Origin: Marsupella aquatica
Lineage: Eukaryota; Plantae; Marchantiophyta
DNA length: 64,000 bases
Assembly (NCBI GenBank): GCA_973895155.1
Contig: OZ316897.1
Location: 22,357,455-22,421,454, forward strand
Reading direction: 5' to 3'
Positions 29,451 to 40,949 of this stretch are shown here, one piece after another. A program made the position numbers and the translations under genes. The first letter of the stretch is position 1; the number at the start of each line of letters is the position of its first letter. The notes beneath the pieces were generated by a model. That model saw only the letters and a program-made list of their open reading frames with translations. It made no database searches and was not told the DNA's origin.

Positions 29451-32175
29451 AAGCACCAAAAAGGGGGTTTAGCTTAAGTTTTCAGGCCCATTATTGCCAA
29501 GAACACCCTCTTAATAGGCTGCTAATACTCTTAGAGGCCTAAAATAAAAAATTTAATTTTTATTATTTTTAGTCAAAGTAGAGGAAATGTTTCCTCCTGC
29601 TGCCATCCAAATGTGGACCTTGCATTCTTGTCCATAAAGCACCCAAAACTAGAAAGAGAAAAATCACAAAGGGGTGCATGCCCCACACGTACAAAGGGGG
29701 GCACTTGTGACGGGGACCACCAACATGCAAAATGAGATGAGAATGACAAAGTGCACTAATCCTGGATTCCCCAATATATGTTTAGTGCATCATTGGATTG
29801 GCTCTTCAGGGAACAATCCCATCAAATGGACCCAACTTCTGGCTTTGCTGGTCAACAATATTCCCCAAAATTGAGTGTCCTAGATGGGATACAATTGTGT
29901 ACGCTCTTCCTGTCTACATAGTACCGTAGTGGCAATTCCCAATTGCGAAAAGGTATTTTTTGTTGGTTCCATCCTTTGGCGACCAATAAAAACTCTACCA
30001 AACAAAAAGTTTTCTCAGACTATATCTGTCCAGTAATTCACTTCTTTGGAGCCAAAACATGGTATAGCTGCCAATTTCAACAGATAACAATGTTTTGGAG
30101 GCGTTTGCCTCATACAGGTACGGTTTCCAGGCTTTGTCGGGAATTTGATTTCCAAATCCAACCTGCATGATTTTCCAGCCCACATTTTGTGGGATTCCAA
30201 CTTTTGGCATTGGGGACCAATTTGCCCTTAATTATATTTTTTTCATGAACCATCTCTTTTGAGAAGGATACTATGCCCTAATATCTAGTGTCCAATGTGC
30301 AGATTGTCGGCCTTTCCCCTTGAGTTGGGCCAGGTCCCAAAGCGAGGCATACACCGATTAGCACACACCTTTCCCAAAGCGTGGGAATATGGAACGCTCA
30401 AAAACCCCCCCAATAGTACATCAGGTGTTGGAAAAAAGCGATAGATTTCCACCTATCATGTCCAGTATCTTGCATGGCTGGATGCTGTTGTTCACTATTA
30501 CTTATTATTCTCCTCTTTTTACTGAAGGTTGACCCATGACACTTGTTTGTTGCCCCTTCCTTGAATTCTTTTGTGGCCTTCACGCATAGTTAATTTCCTC
30601 TACAATGACCCAGGTAGAAGCACTGCTCCTTGTCTAGAATGGGTTTCCCATCACCTTTTCCGCCCTGACCTGAAGAAAATTGCAACTAGATAAAGAAATA
30701 AAAACCCAGGTAGAAATTTGGAATAATAGAAGCGCACTTCCATTTTGGAGGTGTAAATTGAACCAATTGGCAAGAACCTATGTTCCAGTGAATACAAGGA
30801 TTTGACTGTTTTTTTATGCTAGATGGAAAAAGAGCCAGCAATAACGTTCTCTGTAAACACTGGGTGAGACTGGAGGTAAAAGTCAGAAATGCCGCTCACC
30901 AGGTCACTAAGACTATCTCACCATCCCGGCTCACCATGAGTTTTGCTTCTAGTCAAGACACTGACACAGTAGGGTGGTGTAAGCATCCTGCTGCCCAAGT
31001 TTGAAGTGGCACAGCATGCATCCACTCACCCTCACTTTTCTCACAATTGTTTTCTGGAAGGTCTGTGTGGTAGCTCACACTTCACCCAACAACAAGCAAA
31101 AACAGGAGTTAGTCTACAGTTTCTCTCACAGACCTTATGGAAAACTGATGTTTGGGACAACAGTCAAAGTGACATGACCAACTGACCTATAATGACTCCA
31201 TTGTTGTGAGAAGCACTGCCTTGTTCCAAGGAAACTCACTTTCTTTGAAATTCCCTAGTGTCATTGCATAGCTACAAATCTGGTAGTTAAGAAATATAGA
31301 AGTCATGGCAGAGTCTCCTTACTATTACCATGTATTGAAAGATAAAAAAAACCTTCCAGTACCTGAGTTAGTCACCCTACTATTAAGTTGTTTCTTTGTA
31401 GTGGAGGTGTTTAATCAGGGGTCAATTTGGTTCCTCTTCCAGCAAGCATAGTTTATTTTGGGGGGGAGAAACAAGGAAAGAACACCTTGCCATGGGGTGG
31501 AAGAGGGGGTCACAGAACCCCAAGTACGTTGATTTCGTTTTAACTCAAGCAAACAACTTTAAGGAAAGTTGGCCAAAAGAGGCAAAGTACAAAGAGGATG
31601 GAGAGTACACAAAAGGAAGTCAAGGAAAACCTTCCTAGAAGTGAAAATGCATCCTTGCTCAAAGTCTTGCGGGCTCTCTGAATTGGAAAATCAGATGGTT
31701 GTTGTGGTATTTTCCCTGGATTAGTTGACACCATTCCGCAATTTTCTTTGCTCCCATGCCCGGCGCTGTTTGAGTATTGCTAGTGGTTGGCTGGATGGAG
31801 GAGGTATTGAACCTGCTTTTCAAACTGGTTTTTCTATTGTGTTTTCTCCAGAGAAGAGGATTGTAGTCCCAAGAGTTTTGAGACGCTCCATGACTTCTGG
31901 AGGTTTGGCATCCTACTGTAGAGAGGATCTTTTGAAGCTTTTGAGTCAATAGATTGGTGCAAAAAATTTGGCATTCTACTTTAGAGAGGATTGTTCATGA
32001 AGCTTTAGAGTCGATGCATTACTTGTGATCAAGTGTTTACTTGGATCATTTGAGAGTTGTTAGTGTTGCCATTCACACCTTTCTGGACTAGACACACTGA
32101 TGTCTAGAGAAGGGATTGCAACTGAAACAGAGGATTTGATGCAACCTGGTCCATGTCTACTTTAGCTCTCCTGCA

Positions 32176-32430
32176 GTTAGACATTTACTCTTTGGTCTAG
32201 AGTTATGATGTAACCATAGTTAGTCTAATCATAGTCAGGTTCTTGGCGCACTTTAGATGTGCCACTGCATGCTACATTCACTAGCAGGACTTAGACAATG
32301 AGTGGAAGTGTGACTCATAATTACGGAGCAAGTTGAGAGATAGAAGAGCTTAGTCTATGGAGTCTCGGTATGGCCGACAAGTTTAGAGTTCAACAAAGCT
32401 CTCTTTGTGTTCCCATGGACTTATTCTTTG
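32176..32430 (+). mobile_element. Decayed solo-LTR-like segment
   Basis: Begins GTTAGACATTTACTCTTTGGTCTAGAGTTA, the same start as the fold-back at 32439. Contains AACAAAGCTCTCTTTGTGTTCCCATGGAC, similar to AATAAAGCTTTGTATTCCCGTGGAC in the intact LTR. Confidence 0.45.
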
Positions 32431-32438
32431 GAGAGATG

Positions 32439-32550
32439 TGTTAGGCATTTACTCTTAGGTCTAGAGTTACAACTATATCCGTAGTTAAACTTAGGTTAGC
32501 CTAACTATGACTGTAATCGTAACTCTAGACCTAAGATTAAATGCCTAACA
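32439..32550. repeat. 112-bp fold-back with TG...CA termini
   Basis: TGTTAGGCATTTACTCTTAGGTCTAGAGTTAC (32439-32470) pairs with GTAACTCTAGACCTAAGATTAAATGCCTAACA (32519-32550) at 31/32 positions. Confidence 0.88.
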
Positions 32551-33538
32551 ATCTCACTTTGACTGTGTTCTAGGGAGGGTAATACTGCTAACCTATATGA
32601 TTTCTCATTGGGAGGTTTTTGGCCAAAAACCAAATTGCTCTCTAAACTAGAGCAAACCAAAAATAAGCCGTAGCCTAAAACATAGGAATGAGCAAGAGCA
32701 TATATCAGTAATTACAACATATATTAAGAAAATCTTACTTTTGTCGCAATTGCAACACCTATAACTTGTCATGGTGTCTAGAAAGTTATCTGGGAGGATG
32801 ATACTTGCTTTGCTCTTGAGGTGCAAGTATGGTGGGCCTTCTTCTCCCATTATTTTGGAGGTGAAGGGTGTTAGGAATTGACTTGAGTTCCCAAATTTAG
32901 TTTGTTTGGACTTAATAGGGTTAGTTACTCAACCCTTGATTACATTAAAATAAAATCCGCTTAGATCATACCCACATGTCTTAGCACCCCCAAGAGTATA
33001 GGTTGGAGGGAGAATTTCCTCTCCCTCATTATTCACATGTACTCTGATATGCTATGGATCCTTCAAGAGGTGTCTCCTCAGTGTAATGTATGATCGAGTG
33101 TACTCCCAAGTTCTGCATTTGCTGTCTAGTTTGAGCCGACAATTTTTTACAAAAGGGGCTTTCATTGCATTTTAGTTTTCATAGATTTGGAGAGTATCCG
33201 AATGAAAAAACATATTTTGCAACAACTTTGAATTATCTTTTTGGGAGAAAACAAAAATAGGCTTCATTCTTGCTAAAGTATCAACTGTACCAGGTTGTCT
33301 TAGATTTACTTGGATGTTTTCTTGTTCTTGAAGATGTCACATTCGCTTTCGTGGAGACTGGTCATCCAGAATCTTACTTTTGTAAATTCTTGTTCATAGG
33401 TATTCTGTATGCCATATGTGAGAAACATAAGTAATCTTATATTTAGATTTAGATTTTCAACATCATTACTCCCTTTTGGAACTATTATTGTGCATGAATC
33501 ACACGACCAGCAAATGCAAAGGACTTCTACAGATATGC

Positions 33539-33861
33539 TGTAGAGGTTAACTCAGTCTTGGGTTGAACTATGGTTAGTATGTTAACTAGGGTTAGAGTAA
33601 ACCCTAGTTGAAGAGTTGGTCCTTATCTCTTCAACTTCTATGTGGTGTGAGAACACACAAGAGAGTTCTCAAGAGAGAACACAATGATATAGCAAGAGAT
33701 GAGAGCTTGAAGAGATGAGAGCTATGGTGATGCCTGAGTACACACATAACCGTTAATAAAGCTTTGTATTCCCGTGGACGTAGCCAACCTTGAGGCGAAC
33801 CACGTAACTATTGAGCATGTGTATGTTTGGAGTGTTCTTCCTTCTCTGATTTCTCCCCACA
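33539..33861 (+). repeat. 5' LTR (323 bp)
   Basis: TGTAGAGGTTAAC...TTCTCCCCACA; 7 differences from the 3' LTR by manual alignment (~97.8% identical). Confidence 0.97.
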
Positions 33862-33863
33862 AT

Positions 33864-33875
33864 TGGTATCAGAGC
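33864..33875 (+). promoter_or_regulatory. Primer-binding site (initiator tRNA-Met)
   Basis: TGGTATCAGAGC lies 2 nt after the 5' LTR. Confidence 0.95.
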
Positions 33876-35031
33876 TCAGATTTTTTTAGTCGATTAGGAA
33901 CTCCATAGAACTTGCTTCAAGCAAAGCGAACAGCGGATGATTTCCTCTTCGAAGCGGAGCTATTGAAAGAAGATCGGACTCAATCTTCTCACAAGTGTGG
34001 AGCACACAACCAGGGGCTCATTTCAGTGAAGCAATGAAAGCCTAAGGTCAGAAACGGAAACAATTGTAAGTGACGGTTTTCAATTTACGTTATCGGGCAA
34101 GACATAAGGTCAATTTCTCAGATCAGTCTTTTTGATTGTTCTATCGGGACTTGAAACTGAGATACGCTTGAGCGCCTTGTCTTTCTAGACGTTTCGATAT
34201 CAACATCGTTGAATTCCGTCAAACAGTTGAGAAGCAATCTTAATTTCAATTCTCGTTTTTTGAGCTCGAAATTTTGGCTATGGTGGATAACTTAATATCA
34301 GTCACTTTCACCGAATTGTTTATCCCTCATTACTCCACCGTTTTGCGAGTTCTTTATATCAATCTTGATGCCCTCGAAGTCTAGTTTCTGAATCTGAAAT
34401 CAGAATTGGATTTCGTCAAAAACTGAGACGGGAATTTGAGTGAATCCGCCGAGGGGTACTTTCTGTCGCGAGTAGTCGCGACTTCTGCGGACGCGCGAGG
34501 AGGTCGAAAACTTCGAGGAGGCCTTTCTAGGGCTTGACAGGGCTCGGGCAGGGGAAGTGCCTCCTGTGAAGTCCCCCACAGGGGTTGTACAAGGGTGGAC
34601 TAAATTTCCTGAAAAGATTCTTTTCCAGAGGCTTAAATTTTTACCGAAGGTCAAAGATTCCGAACGGCAAATAAAATTGGATCAACTTCAACTTTTGGAG
34701 AGACGTACTTGGGGAAGCTAGGCAAGTATTGGTGCGTTCGATTCTGAAAAAGTACACTAGTGGAATCTTTGGCATAAGAGATTCCCTCGAGGGGTAATTA
34801 TTTCATCTTTTACCCCCCTCCGGTCGGAGTAAAAATTCTCGGTACTCGAGAGTCCATTTGACAAACCGTTTTCAGAATTCGGAGCGTTACCTTGTGGGCT
34901 ACACATAGGAGTGATCAGTTTCAAACTTCACCAACTTTCATTTTTGGCCTTATTTTCACACCCCACATCTGAGCATTCGACGTTTATTTCTTGTGGGAAG
35001 GCGACTCCACACTACATTTGGCATTCCAGTG

Positions 35032-38000
35032 ATGGCGACTACTAGGATTGGAGGTCAAAGGTTTGAGGTGGAAAAATTTGATGGTCGGATGGACTATACA
35101 ATGTGGAAACGTAACGTGAGGGATGCACTTAGGGTGATGGGCCTAGGCAAGGTACTAAGATCTCAACCCAAGGAGATGGAAGATGATGATTGGCATGATC
35201 TCCAGGTTCAAGCGGTAAGTATTGTTGGCATGTACGTGAAAAATAATGTGAAGAAGCAGTTCGAGGAAAAAGCAACACAAACGGTGACGGACTTGTTTCA
35301 AGCATTGCGCAACAAGTACTACAAGAAGGAGATGTCAAACCGAATGTATGCAAGTCTGAAGCTCATGCAATTCAAAATGGCTGATGGAGTCAAGATTCAA
35401 GATCATATCGATCAGTTCAATGATCTTGTGGTTGACCTAGAGAATTTGGGGGAGCATTTGAGCGAAGAAAAGAAAGCCTTACAACTCTTGAGCTCACTAC
35501 CACCTTCGTACCAATCTTTGTCTCGAGTTCTTCTATTCCGTGATAAGACAACTATATCCTACAATGATGTGGTGAGTGCCCTGTTGACCGATGACATGCA
35601 GTCTAAGCTGGTTTCTTCAGCTCATCCTACCTCAACCTCATCATCAACAGCACTGTTGGTAGAAAGAGGCAAATCAAGGGAGTCATCTCATGAAAACAAA
35701 AGGTTCAACCCACTTCCCATGGAGCGAGGAAGGTTCCACGACCGATCTTTTGGTAGGAGGAGGTTTAGATCCAGATCTAGATCTAGATCCAAATCACCAT
35801 CCAAGTCTACTCGTGAGATAAAGTATTGGAAGTGTGACAAAGTGGGCCACATGAAAAAGAATTGTCGCGTCAAAGACACATTCAAGGAAGTTGCCGATTC
35901 TTCAGCCCAAGTAGTTGTTCGAGAAGACGATAGTGAAGGATTTGCATCGTATACCACTTCCCAAGTTGAGGATTGTCAATGGATCTTGGATTCCGCTTGC
36001 TCATATCACATGTGCTATATGCGTGAACTTTTCTCATCCTACACTCCTATCAACGGATCTGTTTTGATGGAAAACAATCATTCTTGCAAAGTTTTAGGGA
36101 TTGGATCCGTAAAGATTCAACTACCCGGTGACAAGTACTGTACTCTATCAAATGTTAGACACATTCCAGAAATGTGTAAGAATTTGATTTCTCTTGGCTA
36201 CTTGGATGCGAAGGGTTATCAATGGAGTGCAACTGATGGGGTGTTAACAGTCACGCATGGATCAACTGAAGTTCTTATTGGCAAGAGGAAAAGAAACATC
36301 TATGTCTTGGAAGGCACCACACTTCTTGCTGAAGTCAATTTGGTCATATCTCAGGAGGAGAAAATCAATTTATGGCATGCTCGGCTTGGTCACATGAGTG
36401 AAAAAAGTTTGGAAATCCTACACAAGCGACATTTCCTACCAGGATTGCAAGCATGCAAGTTGAGTTTTTGTGATCATTGCATTGTTGGCAAGAAAACAAG
36501 AACTCCATTTCCGACTGCCATTCATCATTCTAAAGTTGTACTTGAGTATATTCATTCCGATGTGTGGGGTCCTGCTCCGGTTTCCTCACATTCAGGCAAA
36601 CAATACTATGTATCGTTTATCGATGATTACTCAAGGTTTGTTTGGATTTATTTCATTGCCCATAAGTTTGAAGTGTTTTCCATCTTCAAACAATGGGTAG
36701 CTCAAGTTGAGACACAGACTGCAAAGAATGTGAGATATCTACGATCTGATAATTATGGTGAATACACCTCTGGCGAGTTCAACACGTATTGTGCAAATAA
36801 GGGAATTACTCACCATCTCACAACTGTGTACACTCCTGAGCGAAATGGTGTTGTTGAGCGACTCAACCGCACATTGTTGGAGCGAGCAAGGAGCATGTTG
36901 AGCCACTCTAAATTGCCACAAATCTTTTGGGCAGAAGCTGTCAACATAGCTGCTTATCTAGTAAATCTCTCTCCTAGTCGGGCAATTACTTACAAAACCC
37001 CCTTTGAGCTATGGCACAATCGACCTGCTGATTATTCAAAGCTTAAGATTTTTGGCTGTGAAGCATATGCACATGATCCTAGCAACAATAGGACTAAGCT
37101 AGATCCTAGAGCCCAGAAATGCATTTTTCTTGGTTATCAGCGTGACGTTAAAGGATATCGATTGTGGGATCCAGTTGATTGCAAGTTACTTATTAGTCGG
37201 GATGTATCCTTCAATGAAGACAAATCATTGAAAGAGGGGGAGATAGGTCAATTCCCTACTACTAACAACGAGCAATCTCCTCCTCTAGAGGATTTAAGGG
37301 GAGAAGATGTGTCAAATGAAGAATATGTTGACACTACTATAAGGCAAAGCGCACTACAATCAGATCAGCCAGAGTCTTCAGTGCGAAGAGGAACTCGCAA
37401 ACGTCAAGCCCGGGAAAGGTATGGTACTTGGCTTCCTTCTGATCAAGTGGATTTGGATAAAGAATCTATTGATGCATTGGTGACAGAAGATGGAGATCCA
37501 TCCTCATTTCGAGAGGTCCTAGCTTCTATGGAGAAGCAACAGTGGCAGGCGGCGATGCGCATGGAAATGAAATCACTTCATGATAACAAGACTTGGGAAC
37601 TCACAAGTCTACCTAGTGACAAGCAGGCTGTTGACAGCAAGTGGGTGTATAGGAAGAAAGATGGACCCATGGAGGATGTTGAGAAGATATTTAAGGCTCG
37701 GTTGGTAGCCAAGGGTTTTACTCAACAAAAAGATATAGACTACAATGAGATTTTTTCACCTGTAGCAAAGTATTCAACAATACGTTTGCTATGTGCTCTT
37801 GTAGTTTTATTTGATCTGGTTTTAGATCAAATGGATGTTGTCACGACATTCTTATATGGATCGTTGGATGAGGTGATTTACATGAGGCAACCAGAGGGTT
37901 TTGTGCAAAAGGGCAAGGAAAATTTGGTATGCAAGTTGCTAAAATCCTTGTATGGATTAAAGCAGAGCCCAAGGCAGTGGAACAAGCGTTTTGATGAATT

Positions 38001-39066
38001 TTTGAAATTGCTTGGATTTGTGCGAAGCGTGTACGATCCATGTGTTTACATCAGGCGTGTGAACAACACAGGTTTTAAGCTTGTCATCCTTGTACTTTAT
38101 GTGGATGACATGCTCATTGCAGCACAGGATAGGGGCGAAGTTGATAAGCTTAAGGCCCAACTCAGTTCTGAGTTTAAGATGAAGGATTTGGGCACAGCCA
38201 AGAGGATCCTAGGCATGGAGATTGTCAGGGATGTTAACAAAGCCAAACTTTGGCTGACGCAAAAAAGATATGCAGAGAAGGTACTCTCAAAATTCAACAT
38301 GGTAGATGCTAAGGCTGTGAGTGTTCCTTTGGCAAGGCATTTCAATATTTCTGCAGCATTTTGTCCATCGGATGCGACAGAAAAAAGTTTGATGTCCAAA
38401 GTTCCTTATGAAAGTGCTGTGGGTAGTTTAATGTATCTCATGGTATGCACCCGACCAGATATAGCTTATGCCGTTAGCAAGGTAAGCAGATACATGGCAA
38501 ATCCAGGAAAAGTTCATTGGGAAGCAGTGAAATAGATTTTGCGCTACATCAGAGGTTCCACTAAGAAGGGTTTATTGTTTGATGCAAGTTCAAACAATAT
38601 GAAAGTGCTTCAAGGTTATGTGGATGAAGACTACGCAGGTGATCTGGATAAGAGGAGATCGACAATTGGATATGTATTTACACTTGCTGGTGGATGCATT
38701 AGTTGGAAGTCTACTCTCCAAAAGTGTGTTGCAAAGTCTACTATGGATGCCGAGTATGTAGCAGCAGCAGAAGCAGCATCAGAGACCATTTGGTTGAAAA
38801 AGCTTGTCACGGAAATGGGTTTATCACAGGAGTGTGTATATCTTCATTGTGACAGTCAAAGTGCAATTTACACTACCAAGAATCAGGTGATGGATGGCAG
38901 GGTAAAGCACATTGATGTCCGCTATCATTTCATTCGACAGACATTATCGGATGATGAGTTTGAGCTCGTCAAGATTGATGGAAAGCTTAATCCAGCGGAT
39001 GCTTTTACCAAAGTATTAGACTCCAATAGTTTTTCAAGGCATTGTAATTATTTACAAATATTGTAA
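35032..39066 (+). pseudogene. Copia gag-pol polyprotein with in-frame stop at 38533-38535
   Basis: Domains in order: gag (VEKFDG...W; damaged Zn knuckle YWKCDKVGHMKKNC), protease (WILDSACSYHM), GAG-pre-IN (LWHARLGHMS), integrase (HSDVWGP, FIDDYSR, LRSDN), RT (KARLVAKG, LYGLKQSPRQW, LYVDDML) and RNase H (DYAGDLDKRRST, CDSQSAI, KHIDVRYHF, NPADAFTK). HWEAVK*ILRY has TAG in place of the conserved Trp. Confidence 0.96.
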
Positions 39067-39249
39067 ATATAGAGTTAACCAAGAAAATGTCTCTATATGA
39101 GTACTCCATCCGATGGCTTATCGGCTACGGCTTAGTTCGAGTTAACCCTTGCATTAGGGGGAGGGTCTTTTGGCCCTACTGTCTTGAACTTCCCGCGGAG
39201 GAACTTGTAAGGAAAAGACAATGTTATGAACCCTCCCAAGACGTGAGTC

Positions 39250-39258
39250 AAGGGGGAG
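39250..39258 (+). promoter_or_regulatory. Polypurine tract
   Basis: AAGGGGGAG lies 2 nt before the 3' LTR. Confidence 0.9.
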
Positions 39259-39260
39259 TT

Positions 39261-39583
39261 TGTAGAGGTTAACTCAGTCTTGGGTTGAACTATTGTTAGT
39301 ATGTTAACTAGGGTTAGAGTAAACCCTAGTTGAAGAGTTGGTCCTTATCTCTTCAACTTCTATGTGGTGTGAGAACACACAAGAGAGTTCTCAAGAGAGA
39401 ACACAGTGATATAGCAAGAGATGAGAGCTTGAAGAGATGAGAGCTATGGTGATGCTTGAGTACACACATAACCGTTAATAAAGCTTTGTATTCCCGTGGA
39501 CGTAGCCAACCTTGAGGCGAACCACGTAACTATTGAACACGTGTATGTTTGGAGTGTTCTTCCTGATCTGATTTCTCCCCACA
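39261..39583 (+). repeat. 3' LTR (323 bp)
   Basis: Direct repeat of 33539-33861, followed by the TSD TATGC. Confidence 0.97.
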
Positions 39584-39595
39584 TATGCCTGAATG

Positions 39596-39774
39596 GAGGT
39601 ATTTGCTTGATCAACTCCCAAAATGAAAGTTGTTACTTGATTGACCCCCTGAGGTCTATCAACGGTCCAGATCTGAGATTGAAAGGTCCATCAACAGTCC
39701 AGATTGGAGAAAAGTATCAAGGGGGTTGATTAAGCAAACTTTTTCCAGAAGGGGGTCTACTAAGCATATCTCTC
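39596..39774. mobile_element. Mutator-like MITE (179 bp)
   Basis: Imperfect TIRs GAGGTATTTGCTTGATCAACTCCC...TTGATTGACCCCCT / AGGGGGTTGATTAAG...GGGGTCTACTAAGCATATCTCTC. Perfect 10-bp TSD TGCCTGAATG (39586-39595, 39775-39784). Confidence 0.85.
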
Positions 39775-40889
39775 TGCCTGAATGCATTGAATTATTCTAG
39801 TCTCATTGCACATCAATGCTTTTGAAACAGAATTTTTAAAGCCTTAAAGTAGTTTCAGGTTATTTACCTTGAAGTTCAGAAGACATGATAGTACCAACTT
39901 AAAAAATCTAAAACTTCCTCAGCAGGGTGCCTTGCTTTTGCTTGGAAAACATACTAGTTAATCAACCCACTTGATTGCAACTTGACAAGTGAGGTACAGG
40001 CCATGCAACTCCGGAGAGGGCAAGCATCCATCAACCACAACAGCAGTAGCCATGAACACCAGAGACCCACTCAATAGAGCTAGACTCTGCCCAAATCTTA
40101 GACATAAGGCCCCAAAGCAGCCAGTCTCGTGTGGAGCTTAGTAACACTGGCTTGAAACTGAAGTTTCAGACCATTAGTGTATAACCATGAACCAGACTTT
40201 TCAAGTGTGACAACTACTAAGCAAAGCAAAACAAATGACATCAAGTTTGTGCGGCTCCCAGAGCTACAACACCATTGCCACTACCCAAAAGTGAATGGAC
40301 AGGTAAATCATCCCGGAAATCATCTTCCATCCCAGTTGTCTTTATTTGGAGGGAATGGCAGAGGAAAGTACAAGGTGTTATGGGGTATCACCTTGTCTTG
40401 TTTTGTGCTTTGGCGGCCCTCTCTCGCGGCCCTCTCTCAGTTGTCCATGGCCAATTTTGGTTATTTTGGTTCTTCCTTTGAAATGAACTTTTACTGCAAG
40501 TACCTTACGTGTGACCTTGGGCAGTGGGTCTCAAGGGTGGTCCAGTTGGGTGAATGTTTTTCTATTGTAGGGACATGTACGATATGGCAAGCTACACACG
40601 AAACCTTGAAAGAATATGTGATAGTAGGGGCACAGCCACGCTAAGAGCAAATGGGTGCCAGGGTACAGTAAGGTATATGTTGACCTTTAACCCATAAAAT
40701 CCCTCCCTTTCCTCCTTGTCCACCCAATACCCTATTAAACAATACTTCTTCCCTGTGGGTGCAAGGTGCAAAGCCATGGCAACTTTGGTGTGCTTTGAAT
40801 GTATATGAATGTCAATACTAGCTTGGGACACTATGCAACATCAAGGGGAACCACCTCCTTTGCCCAGACAGAGGCACAGAGAAAAACAG

Positions 40890-40949
40890 TTGAAATAAAC
40901 AAGCAGGTACGTATACTTGTTGAAATAAACAAGCAGGTACGTATACTTG
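40890..40949. repeat. 30-bp perfect tandem duplication
   Basis: TTGAAATAAACAAGCAGGTACGTATACTTG occurs twice. Confidence 0.9.

Larger units (their letters stand above)
33539..39583 (+). mobile_element. Full-length Ty1/copia LTR retrotransposon (Tnt1/Tork-like), inactivated
   Basis: Two 323-bp TG...CA LTRs, 5-bp TSD TATGC (33534-33538, 39584-39588), PBS, PPT and gag-PR-IN-RT-RH domain order. Confidence 0.98.

Noticed and set aside
34250-34305. U2 snRNA-like words (TTTTGGCTA, TTAATATC) in the copia leader
   Set aside because: The branch-pairing GTGTAGTA and the rest of U2 are missing; chance similarity.
38533-38541. Programmed stop-codon readthrough between RT and RNase H of the copia
   Set aside because: TAG replaces the conserved Trp of HWEAVKWILRY by one G>A change, and the context (TAG ATT TTG) is not a CARYYA readthrough signal. 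This is a simple nonsense mutation.
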